This document shows positions 50,596-60,079 of a stretch of DNA of 64,000 nt, in pieces (the first letter of the stretch is position 1; each line of letters starts with the position of its first letter). Below the pieces are notes generated by a model. The model saw only the letters and a program-made list of their open reading frames with translations. It searched no databases and had not been told where the DNA came from. The stretch is from NCBI GenBank assembly GCA_963667175.2, contig CAXXXF010000006.1, positions 384,001 through 448,000 on the forward strand. Direction: 5' to 3'. This DNA comes from Candidatus Latescibacterota bacterium. GTDB lineage: Bacteria; Latescibacterota; UBA2968; GCA-2709665. Made by a program: the position numbers and the translations under genes.

Positions 50596-50642
50596 ACAGA
50601 GACACCCCTGGGCCGGTAAGCCCAGGGGTGTCTCTGTGTGTG
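50591..50642. terminator. Perfect 23-bp hairpin between convergent genes
   Basis: CACACACAGAGACACCCCTGGGC-CGGTAA-GCCCAGGGGTGTCTCTGTGTGTG. Confidence 0.75.
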
Positions 50643-50662
50643 GGTGGTTGGACCCCACCCAA

Positions 50663-51493
50663 TTAGCAATCAGCAGGCTGTCCAAATGCTTCCTTTTCAA
50701 ACAACCCTTTATCTTCTTCATTCCATAAAACAGTCTCATCCATGTCTTCGAGCAATGCGTATTTTTCGACCAAATCCTTGAACTTAGAACCTCTCTTGCT
50801 TAGGCAATTATAGAAAAGAAGACCCAACTCATTGCTCGATAATTGAGCACGAATAAGATTTGTATATCGCTTTTGGTCATTAAAATCGGAAAAAATATCT
50901 TGTTGGTCTACAAATTTAACAATATTATATAGACATCGAAAATAATGACCGATTAATGGTTGATATTCTTGAAAAAATCGGCGCCAAATATAATTAATGC
51001 CACTATCAGAGTAAGCTCCACGAATATCATCCAATGATGATAAAAGAAATGTGAAACAAGAACGTCCACTTACTTGCCGACCATTCAAATTAATAGATAG
51101 AGAGGCAACCATTTTGTTGTGAAAATCCAATAGTTGAAAAAATGAATGTTCGAAATTTTGTCTTTTTAACGTTAAAACTTGCGCCTCCAATTGTTCCTTC
51201 TGCCCCTTAATTTCCTTGCGTGTCAATTCCAATTCTTCGTTTTGTGTTTCAAGTACCTTTCTCTGAAGTTTTAATTCTCGCTTTTGCAGAACAATCGCAC
51301 AGATCACGCCAGCAAATGCCCAACCAGAAAATAAAGCATTAATAGAGCCGAACATATCACCCGATTGTCCGCGTTCACTCCAACTCCAATTCGTTCCAAA
51401 TAACCAAAATCCGCTAGGCACAATAGCCCAAATAATGAAAATCGCCACTCCGATATACACCATATGCCGAATTTCAAATTCTCTTTCCTCCAC
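50663..51493 (-). CDS. Putative phage abortive infection protein (putAbiC-like) with N-terminal TMs
   Basis: GQSGDMFGSINALFS, FEHSFFQLL, GHYFRCLYNIVKFVD, YTNLIRAQLSSNEL.LLFYN; AT-rich. Start chosen at a GTG behind GGGGAG (ATG 51531 is also possible). Confidence 0.78.
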   Translation of the reverse strand: MEEREFEIRHMVYIGVAIFIIWAIVPSGFWLFGTNWSWSERGQSGDMFGSINALFSGWAFAGVICAIVLQKRELKLQRKVLETQNEELELTRKEIKGQKEQLEAQVLTLKRQNFEHSFFQLLDFHNKMVASLSINLNGRQVSGRSCFTFLLSSLDDIRGAYSDSGINYIWRRFFQEYQPLIGHYFRCLYNIVKFVDQQDIFSDFNDQKRYTNLIRAQLSSNELGLLFYNCLSKRGSKFKDLVEKYALLEDMDETVLWNEEDKGLFEKEAFGQPADC

Positions 51494-52029
51494 AGCAAAT
51501 CTCCCCACATTAAAGATGATTGGTAGCATCATCCAATATAGGGAAGGACAAGGAGAAGTGTGAGAAATAAGAAAAACCCTCCGTGACCCCTTATCCTCGT
51601 TTGTGGAGCCCTCAACTTTTGATATTTCAGGAGTTGGATCTTTTAGGGACATCGAGACTTCGGAACCTGGAAGGTCGAGGTTCGAAGGACCGAGACCGAT
51701 CAGGGGAAGTCGAGATGGGGTGTGTGGAGTTAAGTTGGTGGTGGCGACTCGAATTCTTCTATTGTTGTACGCATGAATACTGCCTATTTTTGAACAATGA
51801 TGAGAAATTGACGTAATAGGCAAAAAGGAGTTGGTTTGATCAACCGGCGTGTGGGCTGTTGACGATCCAGAGCAACCAACCACCAGCATCCACCAGGCGC
51901 CTGCCAGTGGCAATTCGTCGTAAACTATCCCACAAATGGCTTGGCCGACCTTGAGATAATGGACAACAAAGCAACATGTGAGCAATTGCTGCTCGCAAAG
52001 CCTTCGACACTTCCTAATGTGAGTGGAAC

Positions 52030-52992
52030 GTGAGCGACAAAGGCCTACAAGCGAGTTCATTCGAAAATCGTCAGCTTGCGCTTTTCGGGCATTCCGTACA
52101 ACCGTGTCCGAACGTAGAGAACGCATCGCAAGAGCCCCATGTTCGAGTTGACACGCTGAACAGAGCGCCATTCGAGGCGATTACTCGCCCAATGGTGATT
52201 TGCGGCGATGCCACGCAAGCTCTGAAGCTTCTCCCTGATAAGTCCGTTCAAACGGTTGTCACGTCACCGCCCTATTGGTCACTGCGCGATTACGGTGTTG
52301 CGGAACAGATTGGGCGCGACGAAAGCCTAAGAGGCTACGTTACGAGCATCGTTTGCGCCTTCGAGCAGATAAGGCGCGCCTTGCGCGACGATGGCACTGT
52401 TTGGCTGAACGTTGGTGATTCCTACACGTCCGGCAATCGGAAATATCGGGCGCCAGACCGGAAAAACAGCGCACGCGCCATGGCAGTGCGACCGCCGACG
52501 CCGGAAGGACTTAAGCCAAAGGACTTGATAGGTGTTCCCTGGAAATTGGCGTTTGCTCTACAAGACGCGGGTTGGTGGATTCGGAGTGAAATCATTTGGC
52601 ACAAGCCGAATGCCCATCCTGAGTCGGTTCGAGACCGGCCAACCAAAGCTCACGAGACTGTTTTCCTCTTGTCAAAAGACAAGCAATATTACTACGACCA
52701 CGAAATCGTCAAGGGGCCGCGTGACCGTCGCCTGCGAACGGTTTGGGAGATTCCCACTGAACCGTTGAAGCGCGTAAACGGGAAAGCAGATGACCATCCC
52801 GCGATGATGCCTCTATCGCTCGCTCGATGCTGTGTAGCCATTACAAGCCGCGATGACAGTATCGTACTCGATCCCTACGCGGGTTCGGGAACAACCCTCC
52901 TGGCGGCACGTGAACTCGGACGAAGGTGGGTTGGAATTGAAATCAAGCCCGCTTTCGTGGACCTCATTGAACGGCGGTTGCGCGCGTCTTGA
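52030..52992 (+). CDS. Beta-class N4-C/N6-A DNA methyltransferase, apparently orphan
   Basis: VTSPPY (motif IV) precedes LDPYAGSGTT (motif I); WLNVGDSY, IIWHKPN, HPA. The start is uncertain. Confidence 0.9.
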   Translation: MSDKGLQASSFENRQLALFGHSVQPCPNVENASQEPHVRVDTLNRAPFEAITRPMVICGDATQALKLLPDKSVQTVVTSPPYWSLRDYGVAEQIGRDESLRGYVTSIVCAFEQIRRALRDDGTVWLNVGDSYTSGNRKYRAPDRKNSARAMAVRPPTPEGLKPKDLIGVPWKLAFALQDAGWWIRSEIIWHKPNAHPESVRDRPTKAHETVFLLSKDKQYYYDHEIVKGPRDRRLRTVWEIPTEPLKRVNGKADDHPAMMPLSLARCCVAITSRDDSIVLDPYAGSGTTLLAARELGRRWVGIEIKPAFVDLIERRLRAS

Positions 52993-53038
52993 CGCCAAAT
53001 GATCAGTAGCAGGATGGCAAACCGAAGAGAGCGACAAC

Positions 53039-53072
53039 AGAGCCCGGCAGGTCGTACCCTGCCGGGCTCTTT
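53039..53072. terminator. Bidirectional terminator-like hairpin
   Basis: AGAGCCCGGCAGG-6nt-CCTGCCGGGCTCT between convergent genes. Confidence 0.75.
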
Positions 53073-53093
53073 ATCCAGGACGTCATTTCGGGC

Positions 53094-53540
53094 TTAGATC
53101 TCACCAAGCGTTTCAAGGTCGGCGAGGTCTTTCTGTCGTCCGGTTGATCGTTTATTCTGGATCAATTGCCGCCGGCCAACGATAAATACGGAGATGTCTC
53201 CATAAACGCCCCGCTCTTTGCCCGACTCTGCTTCTTCCCACGTAACGCCGGTAATTGAGGTCATAAGATCCACCCGCACGGGAGGAAATCCAAGCTGAAT
53301 AACCCTGTCAGAAGCAGTAAAATCACCTGACTTCAATCCGAAATCTCCGAAGCCGAAGACAGACAAGGCATTGAGAATACGCCGTGCATTTTCCGACGTC
53401 GGAGCAACCAGTATATCCAGATCGCCAGTGTAGCGAGGTGCGCCGTGGTGCGCAAGAGCATACGCTCCAACGATCACGTAGGACACGTTATGATCGTTGA
53501 ACAACGCGAGCAACTCTTTGAAGTCTTGCTGCGCTTCCAT
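53094..53540 (-). CDS. Minimal nucleotidyltransferase-fold protein (DUF6036-like)
   Basis: YVIVGAYALAHHGAPRYTGDLD, RVDL, NKRSTGRQKDLAD. Confidence 0.8.
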   Translation of the reverse strand: MEAQQDFKELLALFNDHNVSYVIVGAYALAHHGAPRYTGDLDILVAPTSENARRILNALSVFGFGDFGLKSGDFTASDRVIQLGFPPVRVDLMTSITGVTWEEAESGKERGVYGDISVFIVGRRQLIQNKRSTGRQKDLADLETLGEI

Positions 53541-53670
53541 GTTCCTGGCGCCTGAGGGTTTCGACTGCGAGGATTCGCGACTCCGCCGGCTGGCGAAGCC
53601 AATATGCAAGATCCTCTTTCTCCTGGGAAAATACACGCAAGTCTCGAGTTTTGACAACTCTTCGCATCAA
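53488..53670 (-). CDS. Small partner protein upstream of the nucleotidyltransferase (putative antitoxin-like)
   Basis: 60 aa, DLAYWLRQPAESRILAVETLR...RLQRV; overlaps the NT start. Confidence 0.6.
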   Translation of the reverse strand: MMRRVVKTRDLRVFSQEKEDLAYWLRQPAESRILAVETLRRQEHGSAARLQRVARVVQRS

Positions 53671-53765
53671 GGCCTGTCTCCCTGTCGGATCAAGAGCGAT
53701 GGCACGATAGGCGCTTCAATGATGAACTGGATCCCTTGTAATGCGCTCAATATAGCCGATTCAAA

Positions 53766-54959
53766 CTACAAATGCAATGGCGCCCTGCTCAACATCAGTT
53801 CCTGATATACCTTGGCGCCTCGTTGGAGTTGCTCCAGTTCAATCCACTCGTCCGCCGTGTGGGCCTGCGCAATGTCACCGGGCCCGAGAACGACCGCAGG
53901 GATGCCCGCACGGCTGAAGCTGCTGGCATCCGTACCGTAGCCGACGCCGGTCAGTCCGTCCGGAAGTCCCATCGATCCAAGCACGGAGGCCACAAATGCG
54001 CCGAACGCTTCCCCACCGGCCGGGTCCAGCGGGCTATCCACCATATCGGGCGTTTCCTGAACGACGGTCAGGTGCGGGTTGCTCTCGCGGAGTGCCTCCA
54101 GAATGCGTTCGACCGCCGGGATTACCGTGTCCGGGTCCTCGCCCGGCACCACGCGGCGGTCCACGTGGATCTCGCAATGTTCGGGAATGATGTTGATCTG
54201 GGTTCCACCCCTGATGAGATTGATGCTGCATTGCGCCCGGCCCGTCAGAGGATGTTCTGACGTCAGTCTGAGAATATAGCGCTCCTCGAGCGCCGCGATC
54301 ACCTCCGTCATCATGCGGATGGCGGACCGGCCACGCCCGGGGTCCGAAGAGTGTGCGGCCACGCCTTTCGTGCGAATCCGCCAGCGCACCACGCCGTTGT
54401 GCGCAACCACGGCCCGAAGGCGCGTGGGCTCACCCACGATCACGCCGGCCGGCCGCCAGCCCAGATCCGGCAACTGTGACGCCACGAACGTGCGAACACC
54501 CGTCTTCCCGACCTCCTCGTCCAGGGTAAACAGGATTGCCACGTTGTTCGGGCCGTCTCGCTTGCGGTATCGCGAAAGCGCCCAGAGCATCGTCGCGCCG
54601 GTTCCTTTGGTATCGCACGTCCCCCGGCCGTACATTCTCCCGTCCACAATCCGTCCTGCGAACGGGTCCACCGTCATCTTGTCCACGCTCACCGTATCGA
54701 GGTGGCTTTCAAACAACAGCCACGGCGCCTGCCCGTCCACCTCGTGAGTGACCAGCAGATTGAACCCGTCCCCCGTCACCGGCAACCTGCGCGTGTCCAG
54801 TCCCATCGCCCGGGCCTGCCCGTCCATATAAACCGACAGCGCCAGTTCCGCATCCGGCTTCCCTGAAATTGCCGAATTGACGGTATCGAACCCAACCATC
54901 GCACGAAGCAAGGACTCGCACGTATCATGGGTCCCCGGCGCCGATGTCTCACCTGTCAT
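53766..54959 (-). CDS. M20 metallopeptidase (ArgE/DapE-like)
   Basis: SHLDTV, GRGTCDTKG, DEEVG, VGEPT, GTDA, GPGDIAQAHTADE. Confidence 0.92.
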   Translation of the reverse strand: MTGETSAPGTHDTCESLLRAMVGFDTVNSAISGKPDAELALSVYMDGQARAMGLDTRRLPVTGDGFNLLVTHEVDGQAPWLLFESHLDTVSVDKMTVDPFAGRIVDGRMYGRGTCDTKGTGATMLWALSRYRKRDGPNNVAILFTLDEEVGKTGVRTFVASQLPDLGWRPAGVIVGEPTRLRAVVAHNGVVRWRIRTKGVAAHSSDPGRGRSAIRMMTEVIAALEERYILRLTSEHPLTGRAQCSINLIRGGTQINIIPEHCEIHVDRRVVPGEDPDTVIPAVERILEALRESNPHLTVVQETPDMVDSPLDPAGGEAFGAFVASVLGSMGLPDGLTGVGYGTDASSFSRAGIPAVVLGPGDIAQAHTADEWIELEQLQRGAKVYQELMLSRAPLHL

Positions 54960-55990
54960 CGCCAGCGTTCCTCGAAAACCGAAATCGCCGTTCGTGCCGC
55001 CAGCATGGACGTCTCCACGCGCTCCCTGTAGCCGCCCTTCATCGCCATACCCGTCTCAATGGTAAAAGAAGGTCCGTACCTGTTCGCCCCGTAGTCTGCC
55101 AGGTTCAACCCTTCGCCGCGTTCCGCCGCGATCAGCCAGAGCACGCCGGGTTCGCCGATCTCGAAGAACGGACCCGGCGCATACCCCTGTGGCGCAAGCT
55201 GCGCTCCCGAATCGGCGACTGTCCGAATCATCGAATCGGCCATTCGCTTTTCCCACAGTTCGTCGTCTTCGTTTCGCTGGTGCCGCGCCGAAAACCAGAA
55301 TCCGTTGCCGCCATACTCGTGTAGATCCAGCGTCAGACCCGGATCTATCCTCGCCATCAGATCTCGCGCGCAGCGGGATTCCACGGGCGCCCACGGCGTA
55401 TCGTGAAACCGGTTGACGTGCAACACCTCGCCGTCCGGGCTGACAATCAGCGTATAGGCCCTCTGGCAGGGCGCCGTGCCTTCGCCCTCATCGCTGGATG
55501 GATAGAATATGCGTCGTCCGAACAGGGGTTCCAGGAATTCGGCGCCGACCTCGAATCGGCCGAGAAGACCCGTCGTCGAATACCCGTACTCACCGATGAT
55601 CGCAACGACCGTCTCGTCCTCTTCGTAAAGCACCTCGCCCCTCGCCTTCAGAAGTGCCCGGACGTCCTCGACCGACCCTACGTCAGGCTCCTCGCCCAGA
55701 CTCAGGCTCAACGCGTACCCGTACCCATTCATCCCCATGGGATCGCGACTGGGAATCACGCAGACCCGATGCTCGGTGTCCAGGGCCTCAAGGAGCCCGA
55801 GGGCTGACCCTACGCCCGCCTGTTCGGTCGAATGGCTGCCGGCGCTGATGAATATCGCCGGCGGTTTTTCACCTCCTGTCTTGAGACACACCACCGGCGC
55901 CCCGTCAGGCGCGCACCCGAGCACTTCCCGCTGAAAGCCCTTTTGGTCGACCCATTCAAGGAGATCCGCGTATCGATCGAAAATCCGCAT
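54956..55990 (-). CDS. M14-like zinc peptidase / desuccinylase family
   Basis: AGSHSTE (HxxE), NR, LDLHE, FTIET; ATGA overlap with the M20 gene. Confidence 0.75.
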   Translation of the reverse strand: MRIFDRYADLLEWVDQKGFQREVLGCAPDGAPVVCLKTGGEKPPAIFISAGSHSTEQAGVGSALGLLEALDTEHRVCVIPSRDPMGMNGYGYALSLSLGEEPDVGSVEDVRALLKARGEVLYEEDETVVAIIGEYGYSTTGLLGRFEVGAEFLEPLFGRRIFYPSSDEGEGTAPCQRAYTLIVSPDGEVLHVNRFHDTPWAPVESRCARDLMARIDPGLTLDLHEYGGNGFWFSARHQRNEDDELWEKRMADSMIRTVADSGAQLAPQGYAPGPFFEIGEPGVLWLIAAERGEGLNLADYGANRYGPSFTIETGMAMKGGYRERVETSMLAARTAISVFEERWR

Positions 55991-56069
55991 GAAATTCCTC
56001 CCGCATTTTGTACAGAAAAAGCCGATTTCCCGCATACAACCGACGGTTTTGCACGGGCACTCTCACGAC

Positions 56070-59057
56070 TCAGTTTTTCGCCTCGAACCAACCGGAGTTC
56101 AATATCGTCAGCGTCTCGGTTGGAATCGCAGGATAGTCCCTGACCGTAACGGCGTTTTCCGTGGCCGATTCAATCTCGAAACCCGTACGAGGCGCCTCGC
56201 CGGCCAACAGATACGACCCCGCGACGCGCGCGGGATCGGGCAACGGTTCCGAAAGATGGTACGTCCGGTCTTCTACAGACCGGACGCGCAACCTCGTGCT
56301 GGCTTCGGGCAGCGAAACATTCAGATCGCCGCACGTCAATTCCGTACCGTTCAACAAATAGCCCTGGACGGCGCCACCGTGCTCGTTCACCGACACAAAT
56401 CCAAATCGACCCGCCAGACGAACGGGACCATATTGACGTTGCTCCTGGTCCGTCGAGGAAATGATATAGTCGGTGCGGCCGGCCAACTGAACTTCGATCG
56501 CCACAACACCGGTTTCCGGATTGTCTTCGATCAATCGCGCACCGGCAACCGGCGAACTTCCCGATATATAAGGCACAATCAGTGCGGTATACTGGCTTGA
56601 GAGCGCGGTACGGTCGTCGCCGGCGCGGTCTTCCGCAAGTAGTTGCCCGATGGATGGCTGTTTCAACTCTTCGGTATCGAATACCCGCCAACCCGGAGCG
56701 TCGGCGACGACCAACCTCTGCGGCGTATTCAGCAGCATGAGATCCAGATTCACGCCCCGATATTTCCACGTAAACGACGTTGATTTATCCGGCAGAGTCG
56801 CCCTCGGATTCTCAAGCCATTCAGCCCAGACATCCGGAAGTTCCATTGCATCGTACTCGGCGAAATCCGGCGACCCTCCCATGAGAGATCCGTTGCAGTG
56901 AAATCCGTATTGATGGGTTCTTCCACCTCTGACGCGGAAAATGTCGACGACGTAACGCTGATTCTCAGGCGCGTCCACCAGAACGCAAACTCGCTGGTAG
57001 ACGTCGCACTGCGGGTACACGTTGACACCCGAAGCCTGCACGACCTCAATTCCCGGAGCCAACCCGAAAAGCTCCAGGTTGGAGCCACACTCGCTTCGCT
57101 CCTGCTCCTGTTCGTCGACGACCACCAGATTGTGTGAAAGGGTACTCCGCATCCACCTCTGCCCGCTCCGACCGTCCGGCAGGCGCTGGTCGCTGCCGGA
57201 AAAATACCCCCGGTCCGACGCCAATTCCTCGCCGAAGGCATACAGACTAAAGCTCAGCACATCCTGGTGCCGATGCCCGGTTTCCACCGTCCACTGGTGC
57301 TCGTTGCCGTTCAGATAGAGCGCCGTATCGTTTGTCTTTCCATCGCCTCGCAAAACAGCCACATGCCATCCTGGAAACCACTCAGAGCGAAGCGGCAGCT
57401 CCGCCGCGACGGACGTCAGACCGGAGGGCCGATACCACAACGCATACTCGCTCCCCTTCCGTGACAATTCCTCACCCTGTACAAGCTCCAGCATTCGACC
57501 ATATTGCCCGCCGAGGCGTGCCGCCAGGATTTCGAAGGAAAGATGGTCCGCGTACGTATCATAACGCGTATCCCCAATTACCGGCATGTGGTTTCCGGGT
57601 GCAAGCAGGCGAACATGTGACTCGACGGACTCACGAAAGCGGCCCCTCGAAAACATGTCCAACGTCTGGATCCGTTCGCCTTCCTCGGGCACGTAATCCG
57701 GCGGGTCGCTGTAACCATGCAGCAGATCGGCCAGTTCGCGCACGTTCGAAAGGTTGTGGGCCGAATAGGACGGCGTTTCCGCGTAGAACCCATCGTGGTG
57801 GTAGCGTGCGTCCAGCATGCGGTGGAAACCGTCCAGCGCGCGCCGGACCCGGTCCGGCTGCCTGAATAGCATCCCCGCTCCTGCGCTCAACACGAAGACG
57901 GCGGTGCCTTTATTCGAAAGAGAATTCCAATGTTCCATGTCCGTGCAACCGGCCAGCAACAGGTCATCGACGATCCGGCGATCGGTAGCCTCATCCAGCA
58001 CGCGGCGACCGTCGGGAAATGATGCATCTCGAACCAGATCATACGCGACCATCAACGAAAACAGCGGGCCTGCATCGCTTCCCTTCCCGTGTACGTTCAT
58101 TCGCCCCGCCCCCCAGAATCCGTTGTTCAGCGTGGACCAGGTCTCAAACTGGTGCAGGCCGTAGGCGTGTCGTATCGCGCCCGGCGGAAAGCGGCCGCCA
58201 TGGGGGCCACCCGCCGATTCCTCCCTGCCCATATTGGCGGCCACCTCCGCGGGCGGCAGGTCCGCGATGCTGCCGTCGTACGAATGGTAGAGATAATTCG
58301 GATAAACACGGGCGAACCGATCCAGTATCCAGACGACCCTCTCGGCGTATTTCACCTCGACTGTAACGGCGTACAGCTTTGCCAACGTCAACGCCTGGCC
58401 CGTGGCCCAACCCACCTTGCGATCTCGAATATGACCCGTGAAACTGGTCATCGTTGGACGTTCCCCGAGCCACTTGAGCGCGTGTTTCGCCCGGTTTTCT
58501 GGATCAGCCACTTCCTCGGGGGTCTGGTAGTAGGTAAACTGCTGTCCCATCCTGGGGCATTCGAGCACGCCGGTTTCCGGATACCGTGCGTTCGGATACA
58601 CCGTCCCACAGGCGCTGCAGGCTATCTCGTCGGGACGCGCAATATTCCATCTGAACCGCCCGCCGCCCATCAGCGACTGTGTCCCCACGCAGTGGGGGCA
58701 ATTCTGACCATAGTGGGTCCCGGGCGTCAACTCCGGTATCAGCGCATCGAAGAACGCCCGGTCCTTCCGCATCGCCAGCGCAACGCTCCTTTTCCATCCC
58801 GCCACGATTTCATTCGCCCAACCGTAGCGCGTCACGTTTCGGCGGGCATTTTCGATATCCCCGGGTTTGTACATCGTCCGCGGTTGCGCGTGCGCCGCCT
58901 TACACGCCAACAGCAGTGCGCTCGCAGCCAACAGGAGCGCCGGCGCCGGGACACTCCTCAACATCCACACGGCGAGCACCGAAAGGGCAACTCCGGGGAT
59001 CACCAGGGCGGCGATAGCGACCACCCGCCCGACGTCTTTCACGGTCGTCCTTCTCAT
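56070..59057 (-). CDS. Heparinase II/III-like lyase with N-terminal CxxC...CxxC
   Basis: Start at MRRTT behind GGAGG; CPHC/CSAC; DGFYAETPSY, GHRHQD, DRGY, SHNLVVVD, YVVDIFRV; paralog of 43760-46807. Confidence 0.82.
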   Translation of the reverse strand: MRRTTVKDVGRVVAIAALVIPGVALSVLAVWMLRSVPAPALLLAASALLLACKAAHAQPRTMYKPGDIENARRNVTRYGWANEIVAGWKRSVALAMRKDRAFFDALIPELTPGTHYGQNCPHCVGTQSLMGGGRFRWNIARPDEIACSACGTVYPNARYPETGVLECPRMGQQFTYYQTPEEVADPENRAKHALKWLGERPTMTSFTGHIRDRKVGWATGQALTLAKLYAVTVEVKYAERVVWILDRFARVYPNYLYHSYDGSIADLPPAEVAANMGREESAGGPHGGRFPPGAIRHAYGLHQFETWSTLNNGFWGAGRMNVHGKGSDAGPLFSLMVAYDLVRDASFPDGRRVLDEATDRRIVDDLLLAGCTDMEHWNSLSNKGTAVFVLSAGAGMLFRQPDRVRRALDGFHRMLDARYHHDGFYAETPSYSAHNLSNVRELADLLHGYSDPPDYVPEEGERIQTLDMFSRGRFRESVESHVRLLAPGNHMPVIGDTRYDTYADHLSFEILAARLGGQYGRMLELVQGEELSRKGSEYALWYRPSGLTSVAAELPLRSEWFPGWHVAVLRGDGKTNDTALYLNGNEHQWTVETGHRHQDVLSFSLYAFGEELASDRGYFSGSDQRLPDGRSGQRWMRSTLSHNLVVVDEQEQERSECGSNLELFGLAPGIEVVQASGVNVYPQCDVYQRVCVLVDAPENQRYVVDIFRVRGGRTHQYGFHCNGSLMGGSPDFAEYDAMELPDVWAEWLENPRATLPDKSTSFTWKYRGVNLDLMLLNTPQRLVVADAPGWRVFDTEELKQPSIGQLLAEDRAGDDRTALSSQYTALIVPYISGSSPVAGARLIEDNPETGVVAIEVQLAGRTDYIISSTDQEQRQYGPVRLAGRFGFVSVNEHGGAVQGYLLNGTELTCGDLNVSLPEASTRLRVRSVEDRTYHLSEPLPDPARVAGSYLLAGEAPRTGFEIESATENAVTVRDYPAIPTETLTILNSGWFEAKN

Positions 59058-59078
59058 GTCAGCCCCTCCTTGGATTAG

Positions 59079-59257
59079 CAGCCCGTTGAAAAAGTCCATC
59101 CGGTCTGCGTCCGGCCTTTGTGGCCGAAATACGGCGTTGCCTGCCTGCAGCAGGCAGGCGCTCCCTCCCCGAATCCAGGGATGCGCGTCGGTCGCGCGCC
59201 TTGTCTTCGGCCACAATGACTCGGCCTCGCCTGCAGAGCGACTTTTTCAACGGACTG
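59079..59257. mobile_element. MITE-like element, copy 2 (179 bp, carries a 19-bp palindromic insert)
   Basis: Same terminal inverted repeats as 20058-20217; 6 substitutions plus an insertion at 59140-59158. Confidence 0.85.
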
Positions 59258-60079
59258 TTACGAACCATACAGCGAATCCGCTGTTTTGCCCAGAATCCAG
59301 GCCTTGTCTTCGTCAGAAAGAAAATCCATCGCTTCTTCGATCACGCGGAAGCCGACGGCCTCGCCACGCTGAGGGTCTTCTGGAAAACCCGTACATCCCA
59401 GCATCCGGTGAGACCCGAACGCCTCGTAAACGGCTCTGACGTAGGGATGAACGTCTTCGTGCGGCCATGGCTTCGTGGATATCCCGTCAATCCTTGTGGC
59501 CTTCACGTAGAGATTGGGATATTTCGCGGCGTGCAGGAGGTGCTGAAAACTGCCATCCACGCCCTCCGCAAGAAAGGGCTCTCCCAGGTGATCCACGATC
59601 ACGTTCACCTCGGGGAATCGCCGCAATATCGGTTCCAGCAACGGAATCTGATGGCACCGGCCGAACCAGGTGAACGGAACGCCCAGACGTCGGGCCGTCT
59701 CCCATAGCGGTGTCTGATCATCGCGTGACAACCACGATGCGTCCTTATCCTTGACCGGATACAACCGCATCCCCTGTACCCCATGTTCGCGGTGCAGCCG
59801 CTCCATCTTATCAGCAGCGCCGGGTTTCAAGGGATCGATCAACGCCACGCCGTGCAGACGACCGGGAAATCGGCGCATGCAGTCACACATATAGCTGTTG
59901 TCATATCCGTGATACATGCACTGAATGAGTACGGTCCGGTCGATGGCGTTCAGGTCCATAAACCTGATGAGATCCTCGACAAGACCCGGATACACCGGCC
60001 TGTTTGTCGACATCTGGTCGTTGTGGATGAACGGTGGCGCCCCCATGGTCCACACGTGCACGTGAGAGTCGATTCGCAT
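59258..60079 (-). CDS. Amidohydrolase 2 family protein
   Basis: IDSHVHVW, GYDNSY, GMRL, IVDHLG, PNLYVK. Confidence 0.88.
   Translation of the reverse strand: MRIDSHVHVWTMGAPPFIHNDQMSTNRPVYPGLVEDLIRFMDLNAIDRTVLIQCMYHGYDNSYMCDCMRRFPGRLHGVALIDPLKPGAADKMERLHREHGVQGMRLYPVKDKDASWLSRDDQTPLWETARRLGVPFTWFGRCHQIPLLEPILRRFPEVNVIVDHLGEPFLAEGVDGSFQHLLHAAKYPNLYVKATRIDGISTKPWPHEDVHPYVRAVYEAFGSHRMLGCTGFPEDPQRGEAVGFRVIEEAMDFLSDEDKAWILGKTADSLYGS

Noticed and set aside
51494-52171. 502-aa version of the putAbiC ORF
   Set aside because: The extension overlaps the methyltransferase on the other strand and has no protein-like features; the family similarity starts near the TM segment.
50590-53090. Integron cassette array
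   Set aside because: No integrase, the hairpins lack convincing RYYYAAC/GTTRRRY ends, and the genes point in different directions.
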